NCBI GenBank assembly: GCA_012295275.1
Contig: CM022671.1
Location: 6,696,001 to 6,760,000, forward strand
Reading direction: 5' to 3'
Source of the DNA: Chrysomallon squamiferum
Taxonomy: Eukaryota; Animalia; Mollusca
DNA: 64,000 bases
Part shown: one piece after another, positions 49,271 to 62,085 of the stretch
Layout: every line of letters starts with the position of its first letter
Position numbering within the stretch: the stretch's first letter is position 1
Notes under the pieces: generated by a model
Database searches by the model: none
What the model saw: only the letters and a program-made list of their open reading frames with translations
What the model was told of the DNA's origin: nothing
Translations under genes and position numbers: made by a program

Positions 49271-49574
49271 CTGAATTATTTGTTTGATTATCAGAAAACA
49301 ACATAAAAGTCACCAAAGTTCTATTTTAAAACAAAAAAAAAAAAAAAAAAAGAGGAAATTACTACGGATATGAAAAATTATTTAGGATAATTTTCAACGT
49401 ATGGTAGTATACTTCTTCAAAAAGAAAAGACTTCACAGTTTCCTATTTTCAGATATTTTAATATCATCATTGTGTAACTTGTACTTCACTCTGAAATCAG
49501 GAACGTTTATATTATTTATATATATTTATATATATATAAAAAAATCATATTTTAATTCTGAACAAGAAATAACG

Positions 49575-50516
49575 ATGTCTGTGAACGTAACCAATATTTC
49601 TGACGCTACGTCGGAAAAAGTTATGTTAGTGGGGAGCTCTGTTTTACTGTTTGGATTTTCAAACAACATCTTCACTCTGGTAGTTCTAGTAAAATCTGCA
49701 ATGAGTTCTGGTGTCATTGGTCTGTTCTTGGTTAATGAAATTGTATCAGACATAATGCTGCAAATTAATACAGTGACGTACATCATCATCAACATCTTCA
49801 AGTCTAAATTTGTCTTTACATCGGCTTTGATACCCGCCTTTGCATCCATTAAATGTTTCTCTATGATGGGGCTAAGTATAGTCCTGTGTACAGCTATAAT
49901 CAACCCTTTGAAATATCTTGTGTATGTTACAATGAAGAGAGTGAAGATATATGTGACAGTAATCTGGCTCTGGGTTCCCTTGGTGTTGTGTTATGTTTAT
50001 TTGGAAGGAACTTTTTATCCGGTGAATGAATATTCGAAGAGACTCGATCCTAACTACACTTCAACGAACTGGTGGGTTGGAGCTGTTAACATGACAGGTT
50101 TTGTTGCTGTTCCTTTGACTGTGATTACTGTATGCATGATAAAAATAACCAGACATAAAAATGCTGCAGTTTTAAACAATTCTTACATTAAGAGAACGAC
50201 TGAAAGCAAAATACGCTTGGCTAATTCGAACACGATCATTTTCATCATGTACATCTTGTCCCAGTTGCCATTTCACGTCGTTTATTCCCTGCATATCGTT
50301 GATGGACGCATAATGGTAGCATTGATTATTATCTATATTTTGTACATGTTGATGAAACTCTTTGCTTATTTATTTCTGATGCGGAATTTCAGATATACCG
50401 CGATGAAGATGTGTTGTCATCTTTGTGTGAACAAAACCAGTTCAAAATCTACAGGCATTCCTTCAGCGAAAACCCTGCCTACTGGAAACAGATGTTCAAC
50501 AAGGTATCGAAGTTAG
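49575..50516 (+). CDS. Intronless atypical 7TM receptor, copy A2, 313 aa
   Basis: The start ATG 49575 (MSVNVTN) is chosen by paralog alignment. Highly similar to A1 and A3. Confidence 0.85.
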   Translation: MSVNVTNISDATSEKVMLVGSSVLLFGFSNNIFTLVVLVKSAMSSGVIGLFLVNEIVSDIMLQINTVTYIIINIFKSKFVFTSALIPAFASIKCFSMMGLSIVLCTAIINPLKYLVYVTMKRVKIYVTVIWLWVPLVLCYVYLEGTFYPVNEYSKRLDPNYTSTNWWVGAVNMTGFVAVPLTVITVCMIKITRHKNAAVLNNSYIKRTTESKIRLANSNTIIFIMYILSQLPFHVVYSLHIVDGRIMVALIIIYILYMLMKLFAYLFLMRNFRYTAMKMCCHLCVNKTSSKSTGIPSAKTLPTGNRCSTRYRS

Positions 50517-50935
50517 CGTTATTAAAACAAAAACAAAAAATGATTTTTGAATGAGAGGAAAAGACTGATAATTACAAGAGAATAAGACGAATACTTTTGT
50601 GCATTTTAGATAAAAGTGAAAAATGTTGACCTTCTCCGTTACATATTGAGGACGGATAAAAAAAATAAACAGCATTGGAAATAGTACGATCTATGTATGC
50701 TGTAAATAAATCTAGGATAATATGTAATTTGTAATTTTGTTGTTGTATATTTGCTTCAGGTAATTATATTAATAAAATATTACATACTGTTGTACCTTTT
50801 ATGATTACATTACAATTGTTAAACCTTTTGAATTATTTATTTATTTATTTATTTATTTATATATAACTGTTATATACATTATTTGTATATCATATTAACA
50901 CTTGCATATTTATTACGATGATGATGATGATGATG

Positions 50936-50997
<62 letters not shown>

Positions 50998-51277
50998 AAT
51001 TACAGCAAGACTTGCATTTCTGTCCGTTTAGACAGCTTATTTTGGTTCTTTTAAGAAACAGAAAAGACATCAGCTATTGTTAGTTTGCGTTAAGTTTTCC
51101 AGTCCTATGGATTAGCATTGAATGCCGATAGGTAAATGTCTTAGTGTGAAAAGCTTGAAATTACTTAAAGAAATCGTTTAGCTAGAATTAACTTTCTACA
51201 CGTTCAACACTCATTAGACTGGACAAATAAAAGTACTCAAAATTGTTCTTCCGAGCGGTAGTGTTAGGTTGGTTGTG

Positions 51278-51314
<37 letters not shown>

Positions 51315-52030
51315 GAGTGGAAGTAACATAACTGGCAAGTTAGTACTAGAAGAATAAGCATCTAGTATAAGTAGATTTGTAATAACAATAGGGATTAACA
51401 CTGGTAGTTGAGGCAGCTGTGTTTGAGGTATTCCGTTTGATATACTAGTACTTCTACTACTACTACCACTACTGCTGCTAATAATAACAATACTAATAAT
51501 AATAAAGAAGAAGAAGTAGTGATAGTAGTAATAGTCGTAACAGTGGGAGTAGTGATATAGGGATAATATTTAGTATGAAACATATAAACTTTTCCTTTTT
51601 AAGTATTTACGTTAATCATTTTCTGCGTCTTGCACAAATCACCGGCATTTGATTACAACATAAAAGAGAAAAGAAATAATAATAAAAAAATATATATATA
51701 TATTAATATCTTTCTCATAGCGTTGCTTGATTAATAATTTTAAATTTAGTTTCAGATCGATACACTGTAATCCTGAAAGCCATTTTATTAATGTTTTGTT
51801 ATCATGTAGGTTTTTTCATTTATTAAGATTAAATCCTTTCAGTTCGTTTAAATATAGATATAAATATATACATATATTAAACTTTTACATTTGAAATGCT
51901 CTGTTTATATATATTTTTTCTTTGTGTTTTTACTTTATTAATATTTTCATTATTATTATTATTATTATCAATTTTTTATTTTATTTTTTATTTTTTTTTA
52001 TTTGGTCTTTATAATCCAAAATCAATAGTT

Positions 52031-52380
52031 AAGAAACTGATGTTTAATAAGGTATTCATAGATCACAGATAAAAATATAAACAAGCAAAGTAATTAAAGT
52101 TAGTAATAAACATTTAAAGGAATTAATTACTGAAAAGTAGGAAAAGAAAACTCTCGAATATCTGTAATTGTTAATTTTTATGTGTTTCTTTTTTTCTTTT
52201 CTTTTTTAAGAAACTGATGTTTAATAAGGTATTCATAGATAACAGATAAAAATATAAACAACCAAAGTAATTAAAGTTAGTAATAAACATTTAAAAGAAT
52301 TAATTACTGAAAAGTAGGAAAAGAAAACTCTCGAATATCTGTAATTGTTAATTTGTATGTGTTTCTTTTTTTCTTTTTTA
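52031..52380. repeat. ~177-bp direct tandem duplication
   Basis: AAGAAACTGATGTTTAATAAGG...CTCTCGAATATCTGTAATTG occurs at 52031 and 52208, nearly identical. Confidence 0.9.
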
Positions 52381-52794
52381 ATTAATTAATTAATTTATTT
52401 ATTTATAACTGTTATATACATTATTTGTATATTATTTATTTATTGTGTTTTCGTCTTTTGTGTGTTTCTTTCTTTATTTCTATTTTTATTGTTTTAAATT
52501 ACATAATGAAAAAAATACGTAACTGGTCAGACAAACCGTTTTCGTTATCAGATCAAGGGAGATGACTCTGTATTGTAAAAGTGACGTTTCTATGTTTCAG
52601 CAGGTTTTGTAATATGTATAAAATTATAATACTTATATACATAGAGAGATAATGGCGTTTCTTGGTCTTATTGTTTCTGTGTTAATACTCTAGCAAAATA
52701 GAACTTAAATGATCATCTGCTGAATTAAAAAGAAATGGGTGCACATTGACATACACTCATAGATACATACATACACAAATATATAAACGCAGAC

Positions 52795-52845
<51 letters not shown>

Positions 52846-53058
52846 ACACACACACAAGCTATTTATTGGTGAATAATATGACACACATTTTCGAAATAAT
52901 AGAATCAGTTAGAGTGACTTAATGACAAATGCTGAAACAATACAATCAAAATATTAAAGTGTTCCCTACAAAGGATAACAATATATTCCGTTTTCAAATA
53001 CTTTAACAATATCAAATAATATACCATGTGCCCAAGCGTACAGCAACTAATATTCTGT

Positions 53059-53710
53059 TTGAAAGGCGAATGTAACCAACATCTCTGATACCCTCTCTAA
53101 GGGTAATTTAGTCGGAAGCAACTATGTTGTATTATGAGTATTTTCCAACATCCTGATATTTGTGAAAAATCCAGGATGTTTTTTGCTTTATGGCCAATGA
53201 GCTTCTAGCCGAAACGATGTGACATTTAAACACTACAACATTTCTAATAGCTACTTTCTATTTGTAATAACTTTGGTCGCAGCCTTTGTCTCTGTTAAAT
53301 GTTTTTCTCTGATGGGACTAAGCGTCATCCTCTGTGTTGCTATATGCAACCCGTTAAAATATCACGTTCATGTTACAAAGAAGAGAGTGAAGATATATTT
53401 GGCAGTAATCTGGTTGTGGGTTCCTGCTGTGTTGTGTTACGTTTATTTAGAAGGAAGTTTTTACACGGTGAATGAACATTCCAGCAGACTCGATCCTAAC
53501 TACACTTCAACGAACTGGTGGGTTGGGGCTCTTAACATGACAGATGTAGTTGCTGTTCCTTTTTTCTTCTTTTGGTAATTATGAATGTATCAGAAAAGTA
53601 TCAGTTTTAGCCATTTTTATGTTAAGAGAACAAGAGAAATCAAATTCATACGTTGTAGTGTTTATTCTAATCGCCACGTTGCTCTTCATATTGCCCAAAA
53701 CGATGTAAAT
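53059..53710 (+). pseudogene. 7TM receptor pseudogene (B3)
   Basis: The open stretch 53219-53578 (VKCFSLMGLSVILCVAICNPLKY...LDPNYTSTNWWVGALNMT) is flanked by a disrupted 5' part (lost ATG, stops) and a frameshifted TM5-TM6. Confidence 0.8.
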
Positions 53711-54284
53711 GTGAAACAGAAAATACCTTAATTGAAACGTTGTCCTTTGTTTGTTGTCGAGTATGTGACAAACGACGTACACAGGGGAAATGAACAGCGA
53801 GGGCTGTCTGTAATAATAATATTAATTTGAATATGAATATCACCGCTAATAGTTAATATATATATGTATATATATATATATATAAAACATAGCTTGCTAA
53901 TGAAAGACATATTCTACATCAGTGAACTTTAAGTGAATTTATGTCAAATATCAGTAAAAATCAAACACAGCCTTCTTTAGAAATGAATTAATTTTTATAT
54001 ACTGTTAGATACAGTTTTTAACGTTTCGTTTTTTTATATTTTAAAGGCAGATTCATCTCAGTATTTGCCGGATAAAATTAATGGTTCGGTAGTTGTTGCA
54101 GGAAGTCAGCAAGAGAATAAAAGAAAGTTAAGGTTTTATATCAGAGTTCTTTGTGTAACTGAAATTACATTAACATTCATCACAGTGATATTTCTAGTGG
54201 AAGGTTAGTAGAAGAATAAATAGTATTAGCACCTTAGTAATAGCGGTAGAAGCTGCCGTAGTAGTAGTAGTGTCATTGCGTTTG

Positions 54285-54346
<62 letters not shown>

Positions 54347-54359
54347 GTAATAGTAATAG

Positions 54360-54401
<42 letters not shown>

Positions 54402-54420
54402 TGATAATAATAATAATAAT

Positions 54421-54451
<31 letters not shown>

Positions 54452-55519
54452 TTTCGGCCTTTTTTTCTTCTTTCTTCCAGTTTTTTTTTTCTTTTTCTTT
54501 TTTCTTTTTTTTCCCCAGGCAATCTTTCGATCAGAGGTATTTTGAAGATATTTAAAATACTAGTATATAATTATATTCATCTAGACTACTGCAACTTGCG
54601 AATGCATTTCTGCTCAAAAGATGATGTTAAGGAGTTAGGAATCAGTCAAGTAATATTAAAGGTAACATCAGTAAATTAATATACTCATTCTCTAACGTAC
54701 TTTGTATATATAAAACTTGTCCTTTGGTGAATTGCTTATACCAGTTGTTGCAGAAGACAGAATATAGCTGTTTAATAATTCAAACAGATATTTCCTTGAA
54801 AGTTTTTATTTTTTATTATTATTTTTTTATCTTAAATATTTTCACAATAAAATGACCACAAGCACAAGTCAGCTGGTCGATTTTGCAATAGCCACAGTAG
54901 ACTGAATGTAGTTTATTAATGATAATAAGAGACATTCAATTGATTTTGTTTCTTCCTGTAATAAATACTTTCACAGAATAAATAACATGAAAATAACGTT
55001 GAATTTACAACTATTTGAATACTTTATTTGTTTTATTAGCTTCATTATGAAATAATTTATTATTAATGATATCCAAATACACTAGCGACTCTAATACATT
55101 TCAGATATAATCCAGTAAATTGTTTAGTTTGATAATTTAAGACATTTTTCTATGTATATATAACTATATTTTCATATATATATGTATATATATATAAATG
55201 GCAATACATTTACGCATATCTTTTATATTTTCACGCCGCATATAGTGATAATGTCCAAATACTTTGTTCACATAGCCTGAATGGTAGTGAATATAAACTG
55301 TTCTAATCTGTGTTTGAATTATTGTAAAAAAAAAAAATCATCTAAAAGTAATAAATAATAAATAATATTTTGGAATTAATGGATTTACAGTTTTCTTGCT
55401 ATTTCTGCGTCACTCGCTATACTTTTAACAGACTATTTTAAATTGTGAAAACAACTGATATGAAGAATGTAATGTGGATATCGAAAAACAAATGCTATAC
55501 AGTGCAGTAAATTATGTGC

Positions 55520-55830
55520 TTGTATGTATGTATGTATGTATGTGTGTATGTATATATGTGTGTGTGTGTGTATGTATGTATGTAAGCATGTATATATGTA
55601 TGTATGTGTATATGTATGTATGTATGTATGTATGTGTCAATGAATGTATGTATGTATGTATGTACGTATGTTTGTATGTATGTATGTATGTATGTATGAA
55701 TGTACGTATGTATGTATGTATGTATGTATGTATGTATGTGTCTATGAATGTATGTATGTACGTATGTATGTATGAATGTACGTATGTATGTATGTATGTA
55801 TGTACATATGTATGTATGTATGTCTGTATT
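55520..55830. repeat. (TATG)n tetranucleotide satellite
   Basis: Long imperfect TATG run. Complementary (CATA)n runs lie at ~56080-56260 and 56490-56630. Confidence 0.9.
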
Positions 55831-58271
55831 TGTTCTAGCGGACTTACTTACAAAGCTAATGGAGTTGCATTAAGTAATTTTCGGTATTTTCAATAACGTC
55901 TTGGACATAGCGCTAGTAAGCTATGTTGGTTGGAGAACATTATGTGAGTTAGTTACCAGAACAGCCAAGTATATATGAAATATACAGGCAGTCAACAGCA
56001 TCTCCAGGTAATGAGCATAAAGTGACAATGATATGACGTCATTTTATTGTTTTATATAACAATGTTTATTCTGTTAGATACACATACACATACGTAATAT
56101 ACAGATATATATTTCATACATACATTTATACATTCATTCAGATCATACATGCATACACACATGCACACACGCACACATACATAATTCACACATACATCCA
56201 TACATAACATATATATACATACCTACATCACATATGCATACACGAAAGATCACATAGTTATAAATACTTACATACGTATATACTTATGTAACGAAATTAA
56301 AATCATTTTCGGAAACAAGGAAGACAACGCTAGAAAACTGTCGTAGCCGTTGTTACTCAGGGATTAACTGCAAAACGTCAGCTAAAAACTATAAAACACA
56401 TAAAAACCAGCTACGTGAGCAGATTATGTCGTGACGTCATTGTTCTGTCGTGACGTCATTTAACATAACATAGCAACGTTTATTCTCCTTACATACATAC
56501 GTACAAAATATTCACACATACATACATACATGCATGCATACATATATACATACATACGTTAAAACATACATACATACGTTAGTACATACATACATACATA
56601 CATACATACATACATACATAGATACATAAATATATTAGTTTCTGTATATGTGTGTATCCGCGTTTAAACACAAACTTTTATACTTTGACGTAATTAACAA
56701 CACAAAGCAAACAATACCTGCCGTTTATTTCATTGATTACTAGTTATAGTCCAAATTAGAAGACACCAAGTATTTAATGAACGACTGTGATACTACTGTC
56801 AAAATGTGTCCATAAAAAAAGGAAACTTTCTAAATTTTCAAAAATATTAAAAATATTAAAAATATATGCAATTATAGTTATCGAGACTATTATATGTTAT
56901 GAATGTAATTCTAGTCAAAAGAGTGTATTTTCGTAACTTAATATTTGAAATAAACTCCAGTTATAGGCAATATCTAAACGATCAGAATGATGCACACACA
57001 ATTGACCTGTAGGTTAAATAACGCAAAATGAAACAACGTAATTATATGCAAATTAATGTACCCATTCTAAAGAGCCTTTTTACATATACAAGTAGTTCTG
57101 CCTACAACTGATCTGTTAGAAAGCGTGCCTGTCGTAGATGTGCTTCACAAGAGTTCGCTCTGATTAGCTCGTTAACTTTTCACTCACGTCTGATTGCAAG
57201 TTTTGCAATATTCATACAAAAGACTGAGCATACACAGTAAATAACGATTCAAAGATATTTAACTGATTTTTAAAATAAATACTCTCAAAGAAAAAAAATA
57301 ATGTTGAATTTACAGCAACAATAGCAATCTGAATTCTTTACCTGTTCCGTAACCTCCGTTGTGAATACATTTATTATTAATAATATCCCCCATACAAACT
57401 GTCAGAAACTGTGATGCAACGAAAGATGTGAAATATGTCCTGGTAAGTTAAATTTTGACATGCAGATTTATCTTACAACGGGCTAAAGAATATTACTAAT
57501 TATGATAAGACTTCATTTGAAGAACATTGGAAGGATACTGAAAAACAATAACTGATATTTGCAGTGAATTGTGTAATAAACGTTTATACAATAAAACAAA
57601 TTAAATAAATGAATAAACGTAAACTAAGAGAGAAACGAGAGAGAGAGAGAGAGAGAGATATATATATAAAAACAACAGTACAGAACCAAACTATAAAATA
57701 ACATTTGCACATGTTTCCTTTTCTTTAATTATTTTTTTCATATTTTCCTATTAATTATTTATTAATGACTTGAAATTACTTTGGTTCTTTACGTTTTTAT
57801 CTGTGATCTGTGAATACGTTATTAAACATGAGTTTCTAAAGACGCCATAATCCCATGTTTAATTACATGAGGTAACGTGGTTTACAGATAATGAAAAAGA
57901 AAAAAAAAAAAAGAAGAAGAAAAAATCAATGGAAGCGACAAATTATAAACTGAGCATTTCAAATGTAAAAGTTTTGAAAAAACCATTAACAAACCAACTG
58001 AAAGGATTTAATCTTAATAAATGAAAAACCTACATGACAACAAAAAAATCCAGGAATAAAAACGTCTATGATTAACAGTAAACAAAAATTAATAAAACGA
58101 CTTTCAAGATTACATTCTGTCGATGAGAAATTAAATTCAAAATTATTAATCAAGCAACACTATGAGAAAAATATTAATATATGCTACGTATTTTGTGCCA
58201 GCTTATATATTTCTTGTTACATAGATTATATAAATTCGACTGAAGCAAATTAATATATATATATATATATA

Positions 58272-58302
<31 letters not shown>

Positions 58303-58585
58303 TCTATTCTTCAGAAATTACTTTTTAGTTCATAATAATATAAAACGTAATTATATATTAAAATCAGTATTACTGGTACGGTTGCTACAGCAACAGCTAT
58401 TACTACTACTACAACAACCACTTGTAATAACTTCACCAGTACTACCTTGACTTAAACTACAACTATTATTACTACTACTACTACTAATAAATAATAGTAC
58501 TGCTACTGTTATTGCAACAACGATTACTAATATTATACCAGTAATTACTCCTTCTGCCATTATTAATGTTTATTATTATTATTAC

Positions 58586-58621
<36 letters not shown>

Positions 58622-59328
58622 GTCACTGTTAGTAACCTAGAATATTATTCATTCTTCTGCTGCTAAATCTACCAATAACAATAACATGAACAATGTTGAT
58701 GATGATTATAATTATGATAATAATGATGGTGATGATGCTAATACTGAAGACAATCATTATCATGATGATAAATGTGCGAGCATTAATTTGATATATAAAT
58801 GGTGTATATCCCAGTTTTATATATATTTATATATATATGTAATACAAAAAATAAATTAAAAATCGCATATTAAATAAACAGTGGCCCTATACGACTAAAT
58901 TTCTCCTCATTTTTAACCCATTTTTAACCCATGCCTTCTTTTTCCTTTTTTTTCCGTTTTATAAATCTGATTTAATTTAATTTAATTTAATTTAAAATAC
59001 ATCACTTGGAAGTTGAAAGTAACGATATATTTTTGCCTCCATTTTGTCCAACCATCACGAAAACTCCATTAGCACTCGGCCAGTGAACTTCCGTTGTTTT
59101 CGTCAAGCTATGTGATTTCGTTAATGAATCATGTGACCAACTCCATGAAGAGCTGCAAAACTGCATTGTTTTACTTCTTGTTGTGACAAAAAACAACAAC
59201 AAAAAACGCAGTTGTTTTAAATCTGTATACAAATCAAATGAACTGAGATGGACATGATAACTGACTGAATTACATGTACAGTAAAGATTACAATTAATAA
59301 TCCAACGTAAGTAGAGATTCGAGACTCG

Positions 59329-59572
59329 AAAAAAGCAGGCTACAAGTAATCGAAAACAAACATAAAAGGAAAAAACCTTTGTTAAATAATTTTATCACTT
59401 ATGGCATGAGTCTGTATACAACAGCTTGCTTTGATTAGCACGTTCATTTTCTTTTTTTTGTTCACATTCATTTTCACATTCGAGAAAGCAGGCTGCAAGT
59501 AATCGTAAACAAACGTAAGAATAAAACCTTTGTTAAATAATTTTTTCATTTCTGGCACGAGTCTGTATACAA
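59329..59572. repeat. Direct duplication, ~153-bp period
   Basis: AAAGCAGGCTRCAAGTAATCG...AAAACCTTTGTTAAATAATTTT...GAGTCTGTATACAA occurs twice. Confidence 0.8.
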
Positions 59573-60654
59573 TATTTTGTTGAAGGCCATATTTTATGAA
59601 GCAAAAAAAAGAAAAAATAAGCATCGATATATAAATGTTTAGTTTCATTTTATCTTTATGACCATGGCTTCTTTATGTCGTATTGTCTTATTTCACCTTT
59701 AACAAAACTCGCTTCGCCCTAATGTGTCTAGAGGAAGAAGTCATTTTATTCTTATTTTTCTAGTCTAGCATGAAAACATTTAACGTACATTATATAGACT
59801 GATATATAAATCATTAACTGGTGTATGCTAATCATCATCATCATCAGCGTTGTTATAATTATTGTTATCATCATCACCAACATCACGATTGCTGTCATTT
59901 TTTCAAGCAAATCTCCATAATAACAAAGTGACAGTTAAATAATGCATAATGAAATAAATAAATAATAGAAAAATATATATATTTTTTCTTTTTTGAAGTA
60001 AATATCCAAGATAACATAGTTACGATTAAAGAAAGAATAATGAAGTAATTAAAGAAATAATAGAATAAAAATTAACTGATGTACATTTTTGAATTTGTTA
60101 TCAATAAAAACATCGTCATCATCATTACAATTATTATTATTGTTATAACCGTCATCATCATCATCATCATCATCATTATAATCAACATAATTATTAAGAC
60201 AAACAAATCGCAGTAATGAAAAAGTAACAACTCAAGATGTAATTACACCAAATATCATCGCTATATTTTATCACTGACAGCAATAAAATTCTAACCTGGG
60301 AATATACAAAACATTATTTCAAAAGGTTTAGCAATTTTAATGTAATCATAAAACATCTAATATGTATTACCATATTAGCACAAATATCTAAACCAGAAAT
60401 TAATTGTTATTCCAGGTCAGTGTTTCTATACTTATGACATATAACAATAATCTGTTTCATTTATTTCAGTATAATTTCACTGTTGAGAGAATACAGAGAC
60501 TATTTGCAGTGCTGTTTTTTGTTGGTTGAACATGATATTTCTCTCAGCTCTGTTTAAATTATAGAATTATGTTCATAATTTTCCCCTGTAATTATTAGTC
60601 TTCTCCTCTTACTTGAAGATGGGAATTTTCTAGTTTTTTTTTTATAAGGCTAAG

Positions 60655-61587
60655 TTATACAGCTACGTCAGTGTTACCATTCGGTACGGCTTTCACTGAG
60701 GGAAACCTGGTCGTTTTAGCACTTGGTTTGTTCAGACAAACATGACAACACATCTTCATCGCCGTATATCTGAAATTACGCATCAGAAGTAAATAAACAA
60801 AGAGCTTCATCAGGCTGTATAGAAGGTAGGTAATTATCACTGATACCATTAGGCTTTGATCAACGATATGAAGGGAGTAAGCGACATGAAACGGCAACTG
60901 TGTCAGTATGTACATGATGAACATGATCGTGTTCAAATTAACCAAGCGAATTTTGCTTTCAGTCGTTCTCTTAACGTAACAATTGGTTAAAACTGCAGCA
61001 TTTTGATGTCTGGCTATTTTTATCATGCACGCAGTAATCACAGTCAAAGGAACAGCAGCAAAACCTGTCATGTTAAGAGCCCCAACCCACCAGTTCGTTG
61101 AAGTGTAGTTAGGATCGAGTCTTTTAGTGAGTTTATTCATCGTGAAAAATGTTCCTTCAAAATAAACGTAACACAACACCACGGGAAGCCAAAGCCAGAT
61201 TACTGCCACATACATCTTCACTCTCTTCTTTGTAACATACACAATATATTTGAAAGGATTGCATATAGCTGTACACAAGACTATACTCAACCCCATCATT
61301 GAGAAACATTTAACGGATGATACGGCGGGTATCAAAGCCGATGTCAAGATGAACTTTACCTTGAAGACGTTGGCGATGAAATACGTCTCTGAACTGATCT
61401 GCAGCATTATGTCTGATACAACTTCATTAACCAAGAACAGGCCAATAACCCCAGAACTCATTGCAGATTTTACAAGAACTACCAGTGTGAAGATGTTGTT
61501 TGAAAATCCAAACAGTATAACAGAGCTTCCCGCTAACAACACTTTTTCCGACGTAGCGTCAGAAATATTGGTTACGTTCACAGACAT
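60655..61587 (-). CDS. Intronless atypical 7TM receptor, copy A3, 310 aa
   Basis: Intact ORF and closest paralog of A2 (MSVNVTNISDATSEKV...), with the same motif substitutions. Confidence 0.85.
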   Translation of the reverse strand: MSVNVTNISDATSEKVLLAGSSVILFGFSNNIFTLVVLVKSAMSSGVIGLFLVNEVVSDIMLQISSETYFIANVFKVKFILTSALIPAVSSVKCFSMMGLSIVLCTAICNPFKYIVYVTKKRVKMYVAVIWLWLPVVLCYVYFEGTFFTMNKLTKRLDPNYTSTNWWVGALNMTGFAAVPLTVITACMIKIARHQNAAVLTNCYVKRTTESKIRLVNLNTIMFIMYILTQLPFHVAYSLHIVDQSLMVSVIITYLLYSLMKLFVYLLLMRNFRYTAMKMCCHVCLNKPSAKTTRFPSVKAVPNGNTDVAV

Positions 61588-61626
61588 CGTTATTTCTTGT
61601 TCAGAATTAAAATGTGTCTTTTCCTT

Positions 61627-61740
61627 TCATATAAACAACATAAACTTTCCTGATTTCACACTGATGAAGTACAGGTTCAACAATGATGAAATTAAACCAT
61701 TTGAAAACAGTGTCAGAGATATCGGCACGTTCACCGACAT
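61627..61740 (-). other. Truncated duplicate of a 7TM gene start forming a 37-aa upstream ORF
   Basis: ATG TCG GTG AAC GTG (MSVNVPISLTLFSNG...) with its own duplicated leader (61741-61815). TGA at 61629-61627, ~40 nt before the A3 ATG. Confidence 0.6.
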
Positions 61741-62009
61741 CATTACATTATTATTTCTTCTTCAGAATGAATATATTACTTCACTTCTTATACCAAAAAT
61801 ATAAAATTTCTTGATATAAAAATACTGATGTGGACCAGATTAAACAATAATGAAATTAAAAATAAAACACGCTGGAATCGTTCCTTTTATTGGAATATCT
61901 TCTAAAAGTCACTGCACTTCTTTTCTTTATATGTTCTTGAAAATATCACTTTGTATGAGGTTAACTTATATATCTTGTCTTCTCGTAGTGGAAAATCAAA
62001 CACATTTAT

Positions 62010-62085
62010 TTAGTGAGAGAAATGTGGCTGCGATAATTTCTTCAAACTTTATATTTTGCTTTCTAATGCTTCTCATTGGTTAACA
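62010..62085 (-). promoter_or_regulatory. Core promoter of 7TM copy A3 (CCAAT-TATA-Inr)
   Basis: Minus strand TTAACCAATGAGAAG...TATAAAG (62053-62047)...CCACATTTCTCTCAC. Confidence 0.55.

Noticed and set aside
49401-49574. 58-aa N-terminal extension of 7TM copy A2 in the ORF track
   Set aside because: Paralogs start at MSVNV. The extension includes an (AT)n run and a probable 5' UTR intron end.
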